Positions 39,557-54,990 of a stretch of 64,000 bases of DNA are shown here, piece after piece. The stretch's first letter is position 1, and every line of letters begins with the position of its first letter. Under the pieces are notes generated by a model. That model was not told the origin of the DNA and did no database searches. It saw nothing but the letters and a program-made list of their open reading frames with translations. A program made the translations under genes and the position numbers. Source of the DNA: the human T2T-CHM13v2.0 reference genome, Homo sapiens; the NCBI RefSeq assembly GCF_009914755.1, contig NC_060925.1; one strand, given 5' to 3'.

Positions 39557-39772
39557 CAGTGATTCTCAACCAGGGGCAATTTCATCTTCCAGGGAACATT
39601 TGGCAATTTCTGGAGAGATTTTGGTTATCACAAGTGGGTGGGGTTGGGGGATGCTACTGGCAACTGTTGTGTAGAGGTCAGGGATGTTGCTAAATACACT
39701 GCAGTACCCAGAACAGCCCACACAATGAATCATCTAGCCCAAAATGTCGAATGTTGGGGTTGAGGAACTCTT
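39557..39772. mobile_element. MER20 hAT-Charlie MITE
   Basis: cagtgattctcaacc...ggttgaggaactct. Perfect 8-bp TSD ttctacac at 39549-39556 and 39773-39780. Confidence 0.9.
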
Positions 39773-42700
39773 TTCTACACTGTACAATTGTAAACTATAG
39801 AATAACAATAATATTCAATAGTAATTATCATTTATTGTATGCTTACAATGAGCTGAAAACTCTGCTGACACTTTTAGGCATTATCTCATGTTTAAATAGT
39901 TCTATCCCCCTAGGAGTAGGTTTTATTATACCCAAGAAAGAAAACTGAGACTTGGAGAGGTTAAGTAACATGTGTCCGAGGTCACATGGTTAATAAGAAG
40001 TGGACCCAGGACTCACATCTGTACTCAGCCTTTTAAACTGTGGTTTATGCATGTATGTTGTGTATGTGTTTTTGTGTGTGTAAACAGATAAAACTTGAGA
40101 ATAACTTCATTTTACAGTGAGTTGTAAGCTAGTGGGGCAGATTTGAAATGAGCCCTTTTTCTCCTCCATCCTGAATGAGACAGAGTCTCATAGGAAAATT
40201 CCTGCATTCTTTAGCTAACTCAAAGTTAAGGAGATTTCAGAATCTCCATGGGGTTTCTCATTTTCCTACTGATAACTTTTGTTTTAGTTTCAACTAAGTA
40301 GAGCTAAAAGAAGCATAGGCCTAATTAAATAGAAAATGTGAACGTTTGTTGTACTTTCTCTAATAAAGGCGCTTGAGAACAGTCTGCTGCAGATTGTTTT
40401 ATCTGTGAACCTTCACTCCAGAGCAGAATATAAAATTAAGTACAATCAAATATGGCTGTTGTAAATTCTGGGAATTGGCTTGGCTAGGATTATATGCATA
40501 TGCCCAGACAGTGCTTAGAGAAAGTGAAAAAAAAGACAAAAGTTGGTTTGGGCAAGACCTGGCTTCTCATCCTCCATGTCTTTTCTTTCATGTCACAGGC
40601 ATCTAACAATTAGAATTACTAATTATTTATTCATTCACTCACAGAAACCAATATATGTTGAGCTTCTACTGTGTCTCAGACCCTGTGAACAAGCTAAATC
40701 AGACCATGCCCTTGTGTAGCCTACAATCTAATGAAGGAATCAGATGGAAAAAAAAATATGAATCACATTAAGTATTGTCATATAGTTCCCAGTTTTATGT
40801 CTGCTCTTATGTGCGTGGCATTTTAATGATGACTACTGCTTGTTGAATACTGTGCTAAGATATCTGTGCCGGCATCTAGCCTAGGACTTAGTTGGTGCTC
40901 AATAAAATGTGTTGAATTAATTGGTTTAATCCACACGGTAAACACAAGATAAAGGTGTCATCTCCATTTTCCTAAAGGAAAAACAGGCAATGTTGTTTTT
41001 ACTGAAGCCGAGATTCAAACCAATTCCATAGAATTTCATATCCATTCCTCCATCTACCATGCCATAACTGCTTAAACAATAGAGTCCTGATTATTTCAGA
41101 GGAACACACATTCCTTTATTATTTTCCCTTTCCCTTTGATCATTATGATCTCTCTGGGTCTTTGGGATGCTGCCCATTGATATTCTTATTTGCAGCTCCA
41201 GGGATATAGGAATGAAGCCCCCAGCCACAAAGATATCTACTCTGAGAGACCCTACTGTGCTCCTCTTAGATGCAGCCCTGATATAGATTAGCTCCCCAGC
41301 AGCTCCACCCACATCTCACAGGGTGTGCCCTTCTCCCATTAAGTCCCATCTCCTCTCTTTCTGGAAGCCCCATGTCTCCTCCAGTCCTCAAAGTTGGCCA
41401 TCTTCTCTGCCTGCAAAGCTTCATTCACTATGCTTTCACCTTTTGTTGTGGTCACCTTCCAAGTCAAATATCTTGGGTTGGGTGTAAACTAAATTGAGAA
41501 AGAAGCATTTTGCCTAAGTTCTTTCTAACTGGCATCTAGGCACACTGCCTAGGTTCACCATTTCACTGTAGCCCTTTATCATTGCTTTTCTATGCAGCTC
41601 TGGGGGTGTAGCTGTGGAAACTGTCAATACCTCTGAGAACTCCTTTTGCAACAATCTGTCCATTTTACTTTGGTTGTATTTTATTAATACCACAAGACTT
41701 ATGTTCTCTCTCTCTCTTTCTCTCTGTCTCTCATTTAGATCCCCTATTTGTTTCTTTCTTGATTTGTATGGGAAGGCAGAATCTCAATCGTATTGGTATT
41801 TTTATATTTAAACCATGGGCCTTTGTTTTACCCTTGATCAAATCCTGAGGTCACATTTCTTCTCCTAGCCATGCCAGCATGTCTGTTTCTCCTCTAAGTA
41901 AAGGTTTCTCCCTCTACCAAATAAAAGTTCCAAGCAGCAGTATTGTTTTTACTCCTAAACCAGCTTCACCAAAGAGTATCCATGATAAGAAAAGTGGTGA
42001 ACCATTTGGCTCCATTTGGAGTTTTCATACCTGGCCTATTGCTTTTGTATTTCCTTTTAAGTCACTGGCTTGCAACAATTTGCCAAAGGGCGCATTGCCC
42101 AGTTTTGTGCCTGAATAGCCTTGACTTGTCCTATAATCTTACAAACACCCACCCTGGGCTCCAGTTTGTCACAAACCATATTCTGCAACGTGGTGGTTTA
42201 CAGTTCGGGGCAAGGCAGATGTTTTCCAGATTGTGAACACTGCCATTTTTAACTTGCTCTGTCAGCAGCCTTCTCCCATATTTCATAGAAGACCTGTTGT
42301 AAGGCAATTTGTCTTTCAGCCATTTCTTCAAAATAAAATTGAACGTTACAGTGAATTGGATGGTGGAGGGGGTAAAGGAGGAAGAAGTATAGCACTGTTT
42401 TATATAGTTTGAAGCTTTCTGGAAGAGTTATTTTTATACTGCAGAGATTTTCAAGATGTGCTTTCATTTCCAGTCTCTATACATTTTCAACAACAAAGTA
42501 AAGAACAATAGTGACCCAAAACTTATAGCTAAGTCATGTTCCATGAACATTTTTAACCATAAAATAATTTCTCTCAAAGGTTTTTTTGTTGTTGTTCCTA
42601 GTATATATTGAGTCATTTACCCAGTGTGTAAGCTGCTCTAGCAATAAGCTTCTGAAACCTCTGAACTTTTTGGGCTCACCACCATGCCAGTAAGAAGTGC

Positions 42701-42784
42701 TTGTTGGTGTCTTAACCTTTGCTGACAGAAATCTGATATAATACCACAATGATTGTTGCCACTGGCTTTGTAACAAACTGTTTT

Positions 42785-43250
42785 TTGGTTAAGCTTCTGG
42801 CAGGAAACACATGGCACAAGCCGATAGACTAAGGGAAATGTTATAATGTAATTATTTAGGGAGGCATTGGCAGAATTAGGAGAAACCATTAAGGAAAGGT
42901 GCGAGACCTGGGGCTAACATGAATGGGAGGTATTACCATCCTAGATCAGTTACCTTACCTTGCAGAATATAGCTGAGACTGAAGAGAGGGCTGTCCAGCA
43001 CATGCTGTGGCCTTTGGTAGAGGGATATAGTCAACCCTCAGCAACCCAGCAAGGAGGAAGCCAGAGGAACAAGGGTTTCAACCCATACTCTTCTCCTGCC
43101 TTTCATCTCTGGCAAATGACTCCCATAGGTTCAACCTAACTGGAAGCCACAGGTCAAAGGTATCCATTGACACTATCAGTAGAGGTTGGCCTCAGCAAGG
43201 AGCTGGTCAGAAAGGACTGAGACTGGATCTGGTGGGCTGAGGATACTCAG
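42785..43250. mobile_element. Old MLT1-type LTR remnant
   Basis: gcaggaaacacatggcaca...ctcccataggttcaacctaactggaagccacaggtcaaagg...ggatctgg resemble MLT1 motifs. Confidence 0.5.
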
Positions 43251-43323
43251 GGGAAATGTCATCACTGACTTTAAATCGCTTCATAAGAGTCAGCTTTAAA
43301 TAAATTGTTTCAAGAAAGAAATG

Positions 43324-43628
43324 GGCTGGGCTCGGTGGCTTATGCCTGTAATCCTAGCACTTTGGGAGGCCGAGGCGGGCAGATCATTTAAGGTCAGGAG
43401 TTCAAAACCAGCCTGGCCAACATGGTGAAACCCCATCTCTACTAAACATACAAAAAAAAAAAAAATTAGCCGGGTGTGGTGGAGGGTGCCTGTAATCCCA
43501 GCTACTCAGGAGGCTGAGGCAGGAGAATTGCTTGAACCCCAGAGGGGAGGTTACAGCGAGCTGAGATTGCACCACTGCACTCCAGCCTCGGTGACAGAGC
43601 GACACTCCGTCTCAAAAAAAAAAAAAAA
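43324..43628 (+). mobile_element. AluS sharing its 33-bp 5' flank with the Alu at 37927
   Basis: Full dimer. Flank 43291-43323 matches 37894-37926 at 31/33. Confidence 0.94.
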
Positions 43629-44829
43629 GTTCAGTAAGGGCCTAAATAAGTTATTTCAACTGAATTTATAAAATCAGAGAACCTTGGGAGCAACCATAGA
43701 AATCATCCAGCCTCTACTTGAACATTGCCAGACATCTCCAGAGACAGAGAAATCCTTCCACTTCAAAGTGATTATGGAATGATTCCAACTGCTCAAAAGT
43801 TCTGCCTTTGTAAGCTAGAAACCAAAACTCGTATGCAAAATCTGATTTTTTTTAAATGTTGGCCACTGATTCCAATTTTTTAAAAAACCTAATAAAGAAC
43901 AAGTCTATGGACTGGATCCAAATTTTAACTTCTGGATAATTTCTTACACAAATTTGAAGACATATGTCACATCCTTCATTTGATTTTCTCTTTGGCCTAA
44001 AGATCACATGGGTCCTCCTACATTTCCTTCCCCATTCTTCTCCTCTAGGTGTTTCCTAGTCCTTTAGAGCCCTCCTTAAAAATGTGGCTCTTAGAAGACA
44101 CCTTTCAGTGCTTTTTAACCAGAGCAGGTAGAAGAGGACCACGATGTTCTTGATCATTACCCAGTATTGCCAATGAATACTACTATGTTGCTATAAGTGC
44201 CATATGTAAAATTTTTTGAGCAATTGCATCATGCTGTTGCTGGGTTCATCTGAGCCTTTAAATCTTCAGTAAAACTTATTAGTAATCTTTTGTTTGTTTT
44301 TAGGGTTTGGTTACATCAACAATTATTTAGTAGATTTGTCTAATCATGGATTTTATAAACAAGATCTTTAACCTTAAAGCAACTTATAATATTTATTTTT
44401 AAAATTTCAGCTTCTGGTTTGGATTCATTATATTAGCCTGTCGAGTACGATCCTCTAAAATTTTATTCCATAATTAAACAGTTAGGTATCTTTCCTAGAT
44501 TCTGGCCATTTCAAGTTTGATAAACATATCATCAATGATAATGTTGAGCAGGCAGGATTCCTCAAGCATAGCCCTTTACAATTTGATGTTGATTGACTGA
44601 TTAACACTATTAAATAAAGGCAGATGATGAATTACAAATACATCTGATGATATTATTATTCAACCTTTCATCTTGTCCATAAGAATGTCATAAGTCACTC
44701 GAGTCATTTGATCAAATGTTTTGCTAAAGTTTAAATGTGCTTAGTCTGTCACTAATAATCTCATCAAAATGAAAGAGATTTAATTTTATACAACCTATAG
44801 AATTTTGTCAGTTAAAGATTGGCCCGATT

Positions 44830-45663
44830 AAAAAGTGGGCAAAGGACTTGAATAGACATTCCTCCAAAGAAGATATACAAATGGCCAAAAGCATATGAAA
44901 AGATGTTCAATATCACTAATAATTAGAGAAATGCAAATCAAAACTCCAGTGAGATACCATTTCACACCCATTAGAATGCACTATTAAAAAAATAGCAAGT
45001 GTGAAGAAATTGGAACCATTGTGATCTGTTGATAGGAATGTAAAATGGTGCAGCTGCTATGGAAAACAGAATGGAAGTTCCTAAAAAAAATTAAAAATAG
45101 AATTACCATCTGATGCAGCAATCCCATTTCTGAGTATTTAATCCAAAAGAATTGAAGTCGGGGTCTCAAAATATTTGTACACCCATGTTCACTGCAGCAT
45201 TATTCATGATAGCCGTTTAAGGCAGAAGCAACCCAAATGTCCATCAGTGGATGAATGGATAAAGAAAACATGGTATATGCAAACAATGGAATATTATTCA
45301 GTCATAAAAAGAAGGAAATCCTGTCACATGGTACAGCATCATGAACCTAGAGGACATTAGACTAAGTAAAATACACCAGTCACAGAAAGATAGATACTGA
45401 ATGATCCACTTATATGCAGTACCTAAAATAGTCAAAATCAGAAACAGAAAGTACCATGGTGGTTGTCAGGGCTGGGGGAAGGGGGGAAATGGGGAGTTAT
45501 TCAATGGGCATAGAGTTTTAGTTTTGCAGCATGAAAAAGTTCTGGAGATTGGTTGCACAACAAGAATAAATATATGTAACATTATTGAAATGTAAAATTA
45601 AAAATGGTTAAGATGGTAAATTTTACGGTATTTTTTACAATTAAACATTTTTTAATTATTAAA
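44830..45663 (+). mobile_element. 5'-truncated L1MA/MB element
   Basis: aaaaagtgggcaaaggacttgaatagacat...aaatgcaaatcaaaac...aaaatggttaagatggtaaatttta. TSD aaagattggcccgatt (44814-44829) / aaagattagcccaatt (45664-45679). Confidence 0.9.
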
Positions 45664-48179
45664 AAAGATTAGCCCAATTCTTTTATAGAGGAGGAAACTG
45701 AGGCCCTGAGAGTTTACAGAAACTTTTAGTGAACTTGTGTGGATTCCAGTTACTAAGATTTTTCCCAAATGCTCACAAATGAGTTGCTCTCCCTAACTTA
45801 TTGTAGTTAAAACCTTTTCTGCAGGGAAAATTTTAATCAATGTATATGGCCTATTCAGCATTTTTTTTTAAAGAATTCATTTGAGAATACATAAGGCAAT
45901 AGATCATCTACTTAGTATTTCCATCATCAAGTCAAGAGAGTGAATGCCTGGGCCCAGCCTGCCAACTGAAGGCCTAATTACCTCTCTCTCTCGCCTTCCA
46001 GGCATATGCCTAAATCACTGGTGCAGGCCCCTATGTGCTACCAACCTGCTTATTTTATAGTTGTCAAGTAATAAATTGGTAGTGATTCCTGTTTGTTTTC
46101 TATGGTTTTTAAATTTTTTTCAGTCAAGGTTATAATTTAAACTTGTTTAATTTCCCTTGAATTCTAAGGTTCTGTAAGATTTCTTCCCACCTTTGCCATA
46201 TTTAAAACCAGAGCCTTTTCTTGTTTTAACTCAAAGTAATATCCCAGATGATGTTTCACTTTATTAAAAGTACCTCTTTAATAAGAAATCATGATTACTT
46301 TGCTTTAAGCTTCAGGGAAAGAAAGGAGTATTTTCTCCATTATATTTAATTACTAATCAAAGTATTGAATATCATTGTAAAAATAAAATAGGAATGTCAG
46401 ATGTGAACTGTGATACCAAATTGTTTGATTTTTAAAAGGAAATTAATCATGTGATCTGGACTAAGTGGTTGGTTTCAAAAATCTCAAGTATTTAACTTGA
46501 TGTAACTAATATGTGCATTTCACTTTTAAACAGTTATTCCAAAGTATTAAAAATCTTCAACATTCTAATTTCCAGCCGATTTTCTCTGTAATGCATTGGA
46601 GGTGTCCATTACCCTTTAAAATGACTAGTAAGAATAATGTCCATTGTTCCAAAGTGATTTTCTTAAAATAGTATGATTCCCACCAGATATTAGTCTTCAT
46701 TGAAAGAGAACTTCGGACTCTTAAGGAGAATGATGAAAAACAATTATATATATAATGTTTTAGGGTAATTTTGATTAGTAATATAATTTACTAGAAGCAC
46801 TGAAGGTAGACAGGCTTGCATTCCAACCCAGACTTTGCTACTTTGTAGCTTTGACAAGTTATTTTTCCTTTCTCGGTCTTAATTTCTCTGTGTGTAAAGT
46901 CAAGATAACACCAATGTGCCTTCCGGGTTAAAATGAGGAATACAAATGCTCGGACTTCAAAAAGAACCTAGGCAGATATTAGTTTTCTAATTTTTCATTT
47001 GGAAGGCTCATTGTTCTATGGAATATTTTTATAGAAGATTTTCAGAGCCAGCAGAGACTGAATCCCCTTCTGGCCAAATGCAGAGAGCTGTGTAGGGAAG
47101 GAAGCACTTTGTATGGAAGACTTACAATGGGCCTGAATGTGTTTCTGTCACTTCCAACATGACCATGTATTGTTCTCCTTGATTATTTCACTTGGCAAAA
47201 AGACACTGGGCCCTTGTGCTTGTTAGCATATCCTCAGTGTAATCAGAAGGAGCCAAGCTTGACTGTTTAAAGGATTCAGCTTCTTGAAGTTTGTTCTCCT
47301 GCAGACCTACAGGGGGATTTGTCCCAGACCCTCGTTTACAATAGAAGACCTTCCATGAATAATCTGATAGGGCATGAATACAGAATAGACTCCTTTGTTT
47401 GCCAGGCAGGTGAGGCCCTACTTTCTCTTGTTGCTAAAAATCTGGCCTGGAAAAATGACTAGCATTGCGTTAGTACTAAATTAGCCTCATCGCTTTTGTA
47501 ATCATTACCCTCAAAATGATTTCACTGAAAAACCAAGAATAACAACAGAGACTTTACCCCCCTAGGGTACTGAGAAATATGAAAATGGTTTATAATGTTA
47601 ATAATAACCATAACATCCAACAACTGTATGGCAATTTTCAATTATCCAAGGTTCTTTCATGAACATTATCTCATTTGATTCTCAGGTGAACCAAATAAGA
47701 TTGGTAGAGCAGGGACTATTATTCCTGCTCTACCAATCGTATTTATTCCATTGAATAAATGAGGAAATGGAGATCAGAGAGATTGTTTCTTGCTTAAGAT
47801 TATCTAGCCCAAAACTTTTACCTGTGAATCCCCCTCTAGTCTAAGGGTAAAGGGTAAACATTGAGTGGTAACTGGTACTAGAATAGATTTGTTGCTTACA
47901 GCAATTCTGTGAAGTAGGTATTACTCCCATTTTACAGATGAGTTTGCTTGGAGTGGCAAAGGGCCTACTGAAGGTCACGTAGATAATGAAAAGGCATTAT
48001 TCAGAGGTTTCTGACTTGGTGCCTTGTGGCAGACCGTCTTCTACTCAGGTGATTCCTTTCTGTCTATCTATAGGCATGTAGACACAATCATTACTGGTGC
48101 AACCAGCACTGACTACGACGGCCTCCAGTGATGCCTGGGTTATATATTTACCTGTAACAGTGTATAAAGCAGGGATTTT

Positions 48180-48510
<331 letters not shown>

Positions 48511-48825
48511 TCAGATCACCCTCATCCTTCCTACCTCCATGAAACAAGAGGAACCCTACTATGAGAAAATAGGGGCAAAATTCTCCAATTATTGGCAGTG
48601 AAGTGTAGTAGCTAGAATGGTGGGCAAAAAGCAAGACCGACGATGGAATCCCAGCTTTTGACTTACTAGCAGCATGTCCTTGGGCAACTTACTTAACCAC
48701 TCTGTCTTCCAGCATCTTCACCTATAAAAATTAGGATAAGGATGTCATCTACCTTATAGAGTTGGTTGTGACATAAAATGAGTTTATGAAAAGCACCTGG
48801 TCCATAGTAATAATAGCTAACATGA

Positions 48826-49167
<342 letters not shown>

Positions 49168-50709
49168 TAAAATTCGTATTATTTTTATTCTACTCTGTAA
49201 CCAGATTTAACCCCTCTCCAGGCTCTTCTGAGGGCTAACTCACAGGGCACAGTCCCAAAACCAGGTTTTGGTATTCCTTTTGAATAACTGATATGCCATA
49301 TCTCACCTGCCAAACAGTTCCCAAACAAGGTGTGTACAAGTAAAAACTACATATGGTTTATTCTCATTTACATGTACTAGGGTAACTCATCATTTAAAGG
49401 ACCTTTTGGGTCTTTTCATCACTATCTTTATACTTCCAGTTTAGCATTTACAGGACATGTCATTATCTTTCTTCTATTTTCCTTACCAGACGATGAGCTC
49501 CTTAAGGGCAGAGGACATGTCATACTTAATTTTGTATTCCCAGTACCTACAATAGTGCCTGACATGCAGTAGCTTTTGTTTATTGACTTACTGAATGAGT
49601 GGAAGGGTAATTGAATGAATGCATGGTTAATTCTTTTGTAAGGTAAATAATCATCTCTGAATTTTGTGTCAATTTGAGTTTTCACACTTTGAGTTTTCTT
49701 AAAGATAGCTGATCTTCGTTATCAGGGCATGTCATTATGTAACCCCTCTAATTACTATCCCATAATTCTGTGTTTGTTTTACCAGTCAAATAATTCATTA
49801 ATGACAATATATGCCTAAGTATTTGGTTTCAATGGTTAGGCTCAAACTGATAAAAAGACAAGTATGTCTCGTGTTCTACACATATTATATTCTTTTCCAA
49901 GCAATGGGATATAAGATTTCAAAAATATACTTCAAAGTGTTAGCACTCATAATTATTGGGCTCATATGAAACCATTTAAGAATTCTGGGGTTTCAATAAA
50001 GTGTCAGATTATACAGTGCTGCCATGCTGGAAGGAATTATAGACACCATCCAAAACAGACACTTCACTTTTGCAGAGGTAAAAAATGAGGCCCAGAGACG
50101 TGAATATTTGTTCAAGGTCACACAGCTGATCAAAGATCAAACTGACCCTGACTTCAGGCCCCCATATTCTCAGGCCAGTGGCTTTTTGGACACTGGGACC
50201 AGGATTCCTTAGTAATGTTGATTCTGGAAGATGCAGGCTTGGCCCCATAAGTCCAAACCAGCCAAGACAAGGTCATGATTTCTAGAACACCATCTTGTGG
50301 GGGCTGATCTGGGCTGGCAGCCAATGGAAGAAGAGCCCTGTGGTCCACATTAAGGCTCTTGGATGTATACAGCCCATTCACGTGGCGTTTAACTTTTAAG
50401 GTGTTAGAGAAATGTAGGTCTGCCACTAAAGAGAGGCAACATCAGAGGAGGACCCACACACGTACAAAGTCTTCATAATGTCCCTCTGCAGTTTTTAAAC
50501 ATTTGAACTTTAAACTTTTAAACTTCAATAAATTATGTTGAAGGTTTGATGGAAACAAATGGTAATAAGCAGTGGATTCCTTTCTTCTCACAGTGGATTT
50601 GTGTGTATAAAAGAATAGAAGAGGTGGTTCATTTTAAACTATGCAATGTAATATTATACATGTTACTTTAAAGAGTATAACTTTTGCTCTTTTTCATTTC
50701 TGCACCCAG

Positions 50710-50921
50710 ATTCAAAGGATTCCAAGGAGAAGAATAAAATGGAAATCCTGTACATACTAGTGCCAAGTGTGGCCATTCCCCTGGCCATTGCTTTACTCTT
50801 CTTCTTCATTTGCGTCTGTCGGAATAACCAGAAGTCATCGTCGGCACCAGTCCAGAGGCAACCAAAACACGTCAGAGGTCAAAATGTAGAGATGTCAATG
50901 CTGAATGCATATAAACCCAAG
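50710..50921 (+). CDS. ROR1: ROR1 coding exon (probably exon 8), stalk + transmembrane helix + juxtamembrane
   Basis: Acceptor ttttcatttctgcacccag ends 50709, donor AAG|gtaatg. 212 nt, phase 1-0. (D)SKDSKEKNKMEILYILVPSVAIPLAIALLFFFICVCRNNQK...LNAYKPK with hydrophobic TM segment. Confidence 0.98.
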
Positions 50922-53900
50922 GTAATGTTAGCAGTACAGAGCTACATTTGTTCCGTGGGCTTCAAGTTAAAGCACCATGTTATAACCCTCCCAAGCTTGG
51001 AAATCGAATGATATGGAATCAGAGTTTTATAAGTGCTAAGGTTCATTTTAACCAAATGCAAAGACGAACTACCTACCTCTATCTAAACCAAGACACTTTC
51101 ATCAGTATGTCTACTTCAGTGTTGAGCCAGCCATATCACTGCCTTGCCATAGAGTCATTGGGCTAGAAGTGATCCCTAAGAAATCATCCTGACCAGCCCG
51201 TCAGGACTCAGAACGTGAGCAATTTTTCAAAATTTCAAAGAGGAAATTTCATACTTTTCCATCCAAATTGCAAGAGAGAACAAGATCCATCATTGTTCAC
51301 AAACTTCACTGTCAAGAACCTTTTCGTTGCATAATATGCAAATAGTTAAAACCACTGTACTATATACTTAAAAATGATTAAGATAGTAAATTTTGTTGTG
51401 TTTTTTTACCACGATTTAAAAAAAATCCTTTGTATGCCTAACTTACATCCCTTTTTCTTTGGCTTAAGTATATTTTAAGGAAGTGTTGTCCTTCCAATAG
51501 TCTTCGAATGCTGTTTTATGATAACCAACCTTAGCCTTCCCCACTTTGAGCTAAATCAACCCCTTCCCTTTTGCTTTTCATCCACATCTTTCAACGTTTG
51601 AGTTGCTCGAGGTCCTGGCAAGGAACCCAGGGTCACTGGCCCTTACCTTAAATGGAGCCCCTGCACTGCATCTTGGAACTAAAATACAACAGAGTCTTTC
51701 TTTCAGGAAAGCCAGCACCACAATCCCAGGCCTCTCAGCAAAAAGATTTCATTTAAATAATTTAAGACTCTTGCATCTAACAGCCTGTTTTTTTTTCTAA
51801 TTATTCCAATTCCATAAGAACATTCATTCATTCAACAAATATTTATCTTCCCTGTGGACTAGTAACTGTATTATTCTTTTGATCCTCATAAAGAGGAGAA
51901 GCATCACTTTTAATAAAATTTTAGGAAAAAAAAGTCTTCACACTCAAATTAACTAATCCTCTTATCTAATAAATGGAGTAGCGTAATTGGGCTGACACAG
52001 AGCCCTCATTTTTTTTTCTGCTTTACTGTTTAAATTTTTTTTATCTAAAAAATCTTGAAAAGATTTTTGCTATTATAAAGTCATATTTATTAATAGGATT
52101 TGGAATTCCTTAAATGCTAAAAATTCAGTGTATATATTCTGTATTCAGCAAAACCACTGATCTCTTGCTGAGTGTGAATTTTTATCATTAAAAACAAGCA
52201 AACAACAAAAAAAAAACCCTACAAATCCTGAAGACCATAGAGTTCACACAGTAGCCTGGAGGATGGGCAGGGTAGGGATTCAACTCTTTTGACATCCCAG
52301 CTTCTAGCTAGCTGATTTACATATATTATAGCATTTTATATAATATCACATTTAATCCTTACTACTTAGTGCTACTATAAAAGTAGTGAAAGCAAATGGA
52401 TGGGGGTTAATATTGCTACACATTCACCTAGTTGACCTGGCAGATACTTTTACCTAGCTCATGACTTCAAGCTTCTAGTGTAAGAGTCATTGTTCCATGA
52501 GACTCTTTCCCTTTCATTTCTGTTGGTAAATGTTGAGAAGTCTTAGAAACACCAGAACTCTGGGCGGGGGAGAGACCTAGATCATTTTGGTTACAGCAGA
52601 CGGCAGTTTGGTGCAGTAGCCACCATCCTGGAAAGATGTACTCCTCATTGCCAGGGCAGGAACCATGGAAGAATCATTTCCATTTTTAGAAATTATCAAT
52701 TTTGTGGGTTAGCCTTAATCTGAAATTTAATTACATTTTTAGTGGAGGTTTGTTTTATATCACATGATCTCCAACAGAAATTCCAGAGAGCTTTGTGGCA
52801 TAAATAGAAAAAAGGCTAATATATATATCGATGAATACAAACTGTCAAGAACAATACCAGGAGCTTTTACATCCATTATCACACTTAATCCTCACAGCTA
52901 TTATATAAGGCAGGTATTATTATTACTATTGTACAACCAGGGTAATTGAGACACAAACAGACTAAGTAACTTCCCCAAGGTCCAAGAGCTAGTTATTAGA
53001 AGCAATAAAATGTGAATACAGGATCTTTCACCTTTTCTAAATAGAGCTGGCCCTTGCTCTTGCAGAATCCGTGATAACTTTTTCACAGAACAGATCAAGT
53101 TGGGAAGGAGGAGGGAGGGTTAGGCAAGCAACTGAGTGTGATCCCATTTGGTCAGTTTGTGCTTCAGAGTAACCACAGGCATTCTCCTGGCTTCTGACAA
53201 ATATTTAAGGGGCCTGCATGGCAGTCTCTGAATGATGTAGCCCTAGCCCTGCCAGGGACATGTACAATTTGGCTAGAGCAATAATAGTTCCCCATCCTTC
53301 ATGGTCAGAGACAAATGTGAAATATACTGGCATGAGTTTTCCCAGAGACTGGGTGAAGTAAACATTGTTTTCATAGTTTCTGGATCATTTCTGAGGTGTG
53401 CCTTGCTAAATCTCCCAGTGTCAAGATTTGTCCACTATGAGGCTTAGAGCTTAGCCTTAAACTCCTGAACCAGAGAAGTAGAAATGGCTTAAATATTTGA
53501 ATGGGTTGGGGAGGGGAAAGGAAACAACAAAAACAAATGCTAACTTTTTTTTTCTTACACTTCTAAGGGACTTGGCTCCGATCAAATTTGAGTTATTCAA
53601 TTGTTTGTTTTGGTTCTTACTGAGTGCCTTTCCTGGAAAAAGCACAAAGGACTCTGTAGACCTTAAAGAAAATTCCTAAATGTAAACAGAAAATCTCTAA
53701 AACTGCTTTGGAAGGTCACTGACACATAAATATTACATGTACCTATAAAATCTAAAAGGAAAGGACACACATAAGAAAGAAACAAAGAAAAGTCCTGAAA
53801 ACAAACACTCCACCAGAGCAAAATCAAAAGAATATTTGGAGGCGAGGATGAAAAAGGAATGAAGGATAGAAGCCAGTCTGCCCTAGCCTTATTCTTTTTT

Positions 53901-54830
53901 CCCCTTGGCCAATTCAAAAGTCAGAGACTCTAGGGTTCTTATTTATCCAAATGAACGTGCCCTTCAGGGTTTAAACTCTCTGCTTCCATCTCTCTTCACT
54001 TGCTGAGCCGCTAAAATTCTCCTGAGTGTTTGGATTGAGAAGAAGAGGCTCCTGTGGGAGATTAGAAACTGATACCCTTGAGAGAGGACAATAGGGAGCT
54101 GCCGACAGACTGGCTGACGAGGCCCGGCTTGGGTCCCCAGAGAGGTAGGACAGTGCAGTTGGAAGTAAAAGCTTTTGATGAGCCATGAGTTTCCTTCTGA
54201 TCTGTGGGCAAAGGAAGCCAGTGGACCAGAGAGGCACCTTAACGCCGAACAATCAGGAAGATGGAGATGTCCTGGCTCCCATGCCAACTGCTCTGTGACT
54301 CTGAGAAGCCATCTAGCTTTTTGCAGTTCAATTTTCTCAGCTGTTCAGGAGAAGTAGACTGCATTCAAGTATAAGACTGTTTATTTTCCTGTTATTTTGT
54401 TTAGCCAAAGATTTGAAGCCATTCAATCCTCTAACGAGTACTGTAGTGATGCCTAAACTAAGCAGGATTTTCTATATTGCATTACAAATTTTACAATCTG
54501 AGTGAGGTTGTTTTTTCTTCTTTTAGTACAGCAGAAATTGAACCTTCTCAGAGGAGCCTGGAAACTCTAAATTCCCTTCTCTGTTTCTTTTCCTTTGCTT
54601 CTCCTTCCCTTTCCCCTACATCCCCTGCCAGGTATGACTCTGGAAAACAGCATTCTGTAAGCTTGCTTGGGTAAGGGAGAGAAGCTGTGGTATGTGCTAC
54701 TGTGGGAGCAGGGAGGGGGCAGAGTCTCCCCTTCAAGAACAGGATGGGTCCCATTCAGCCCAGGCCTCCTGGCTCCTCACCTGCCTGGAGGTTAGGCAGA
54801 CAGAGAGGTTAAAAGATGGAGGAGTCTGAG

Positions 54831-54944
54831 GGGCATGGTTGCTCACACCTGTAATCTCAGCATTTGAGGAAACCAAGCTGGACAGATCGCTTGAGCCCAG
54901 GAGTTCAAGACCAGCCTGGGCAACATGGGGAAACCCCATCTCTA

Positions 54945-54990
<46 letters not shown>

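Noticed and set aside
50733-50738. AATAAA inside the TM exon
   Set aside because: Asn-Lys codons. Cleavage here would give a nonstop mRNA.
50606-50742. TATAAAAG upstream of the TM exon and a good Kozak ATG at 50739 (internal promoter idea)
   Set aside because: AT-rich intron where such motifs are expected by chance. Out-of-frame ATGs intervene and there is no other promoter evidence.
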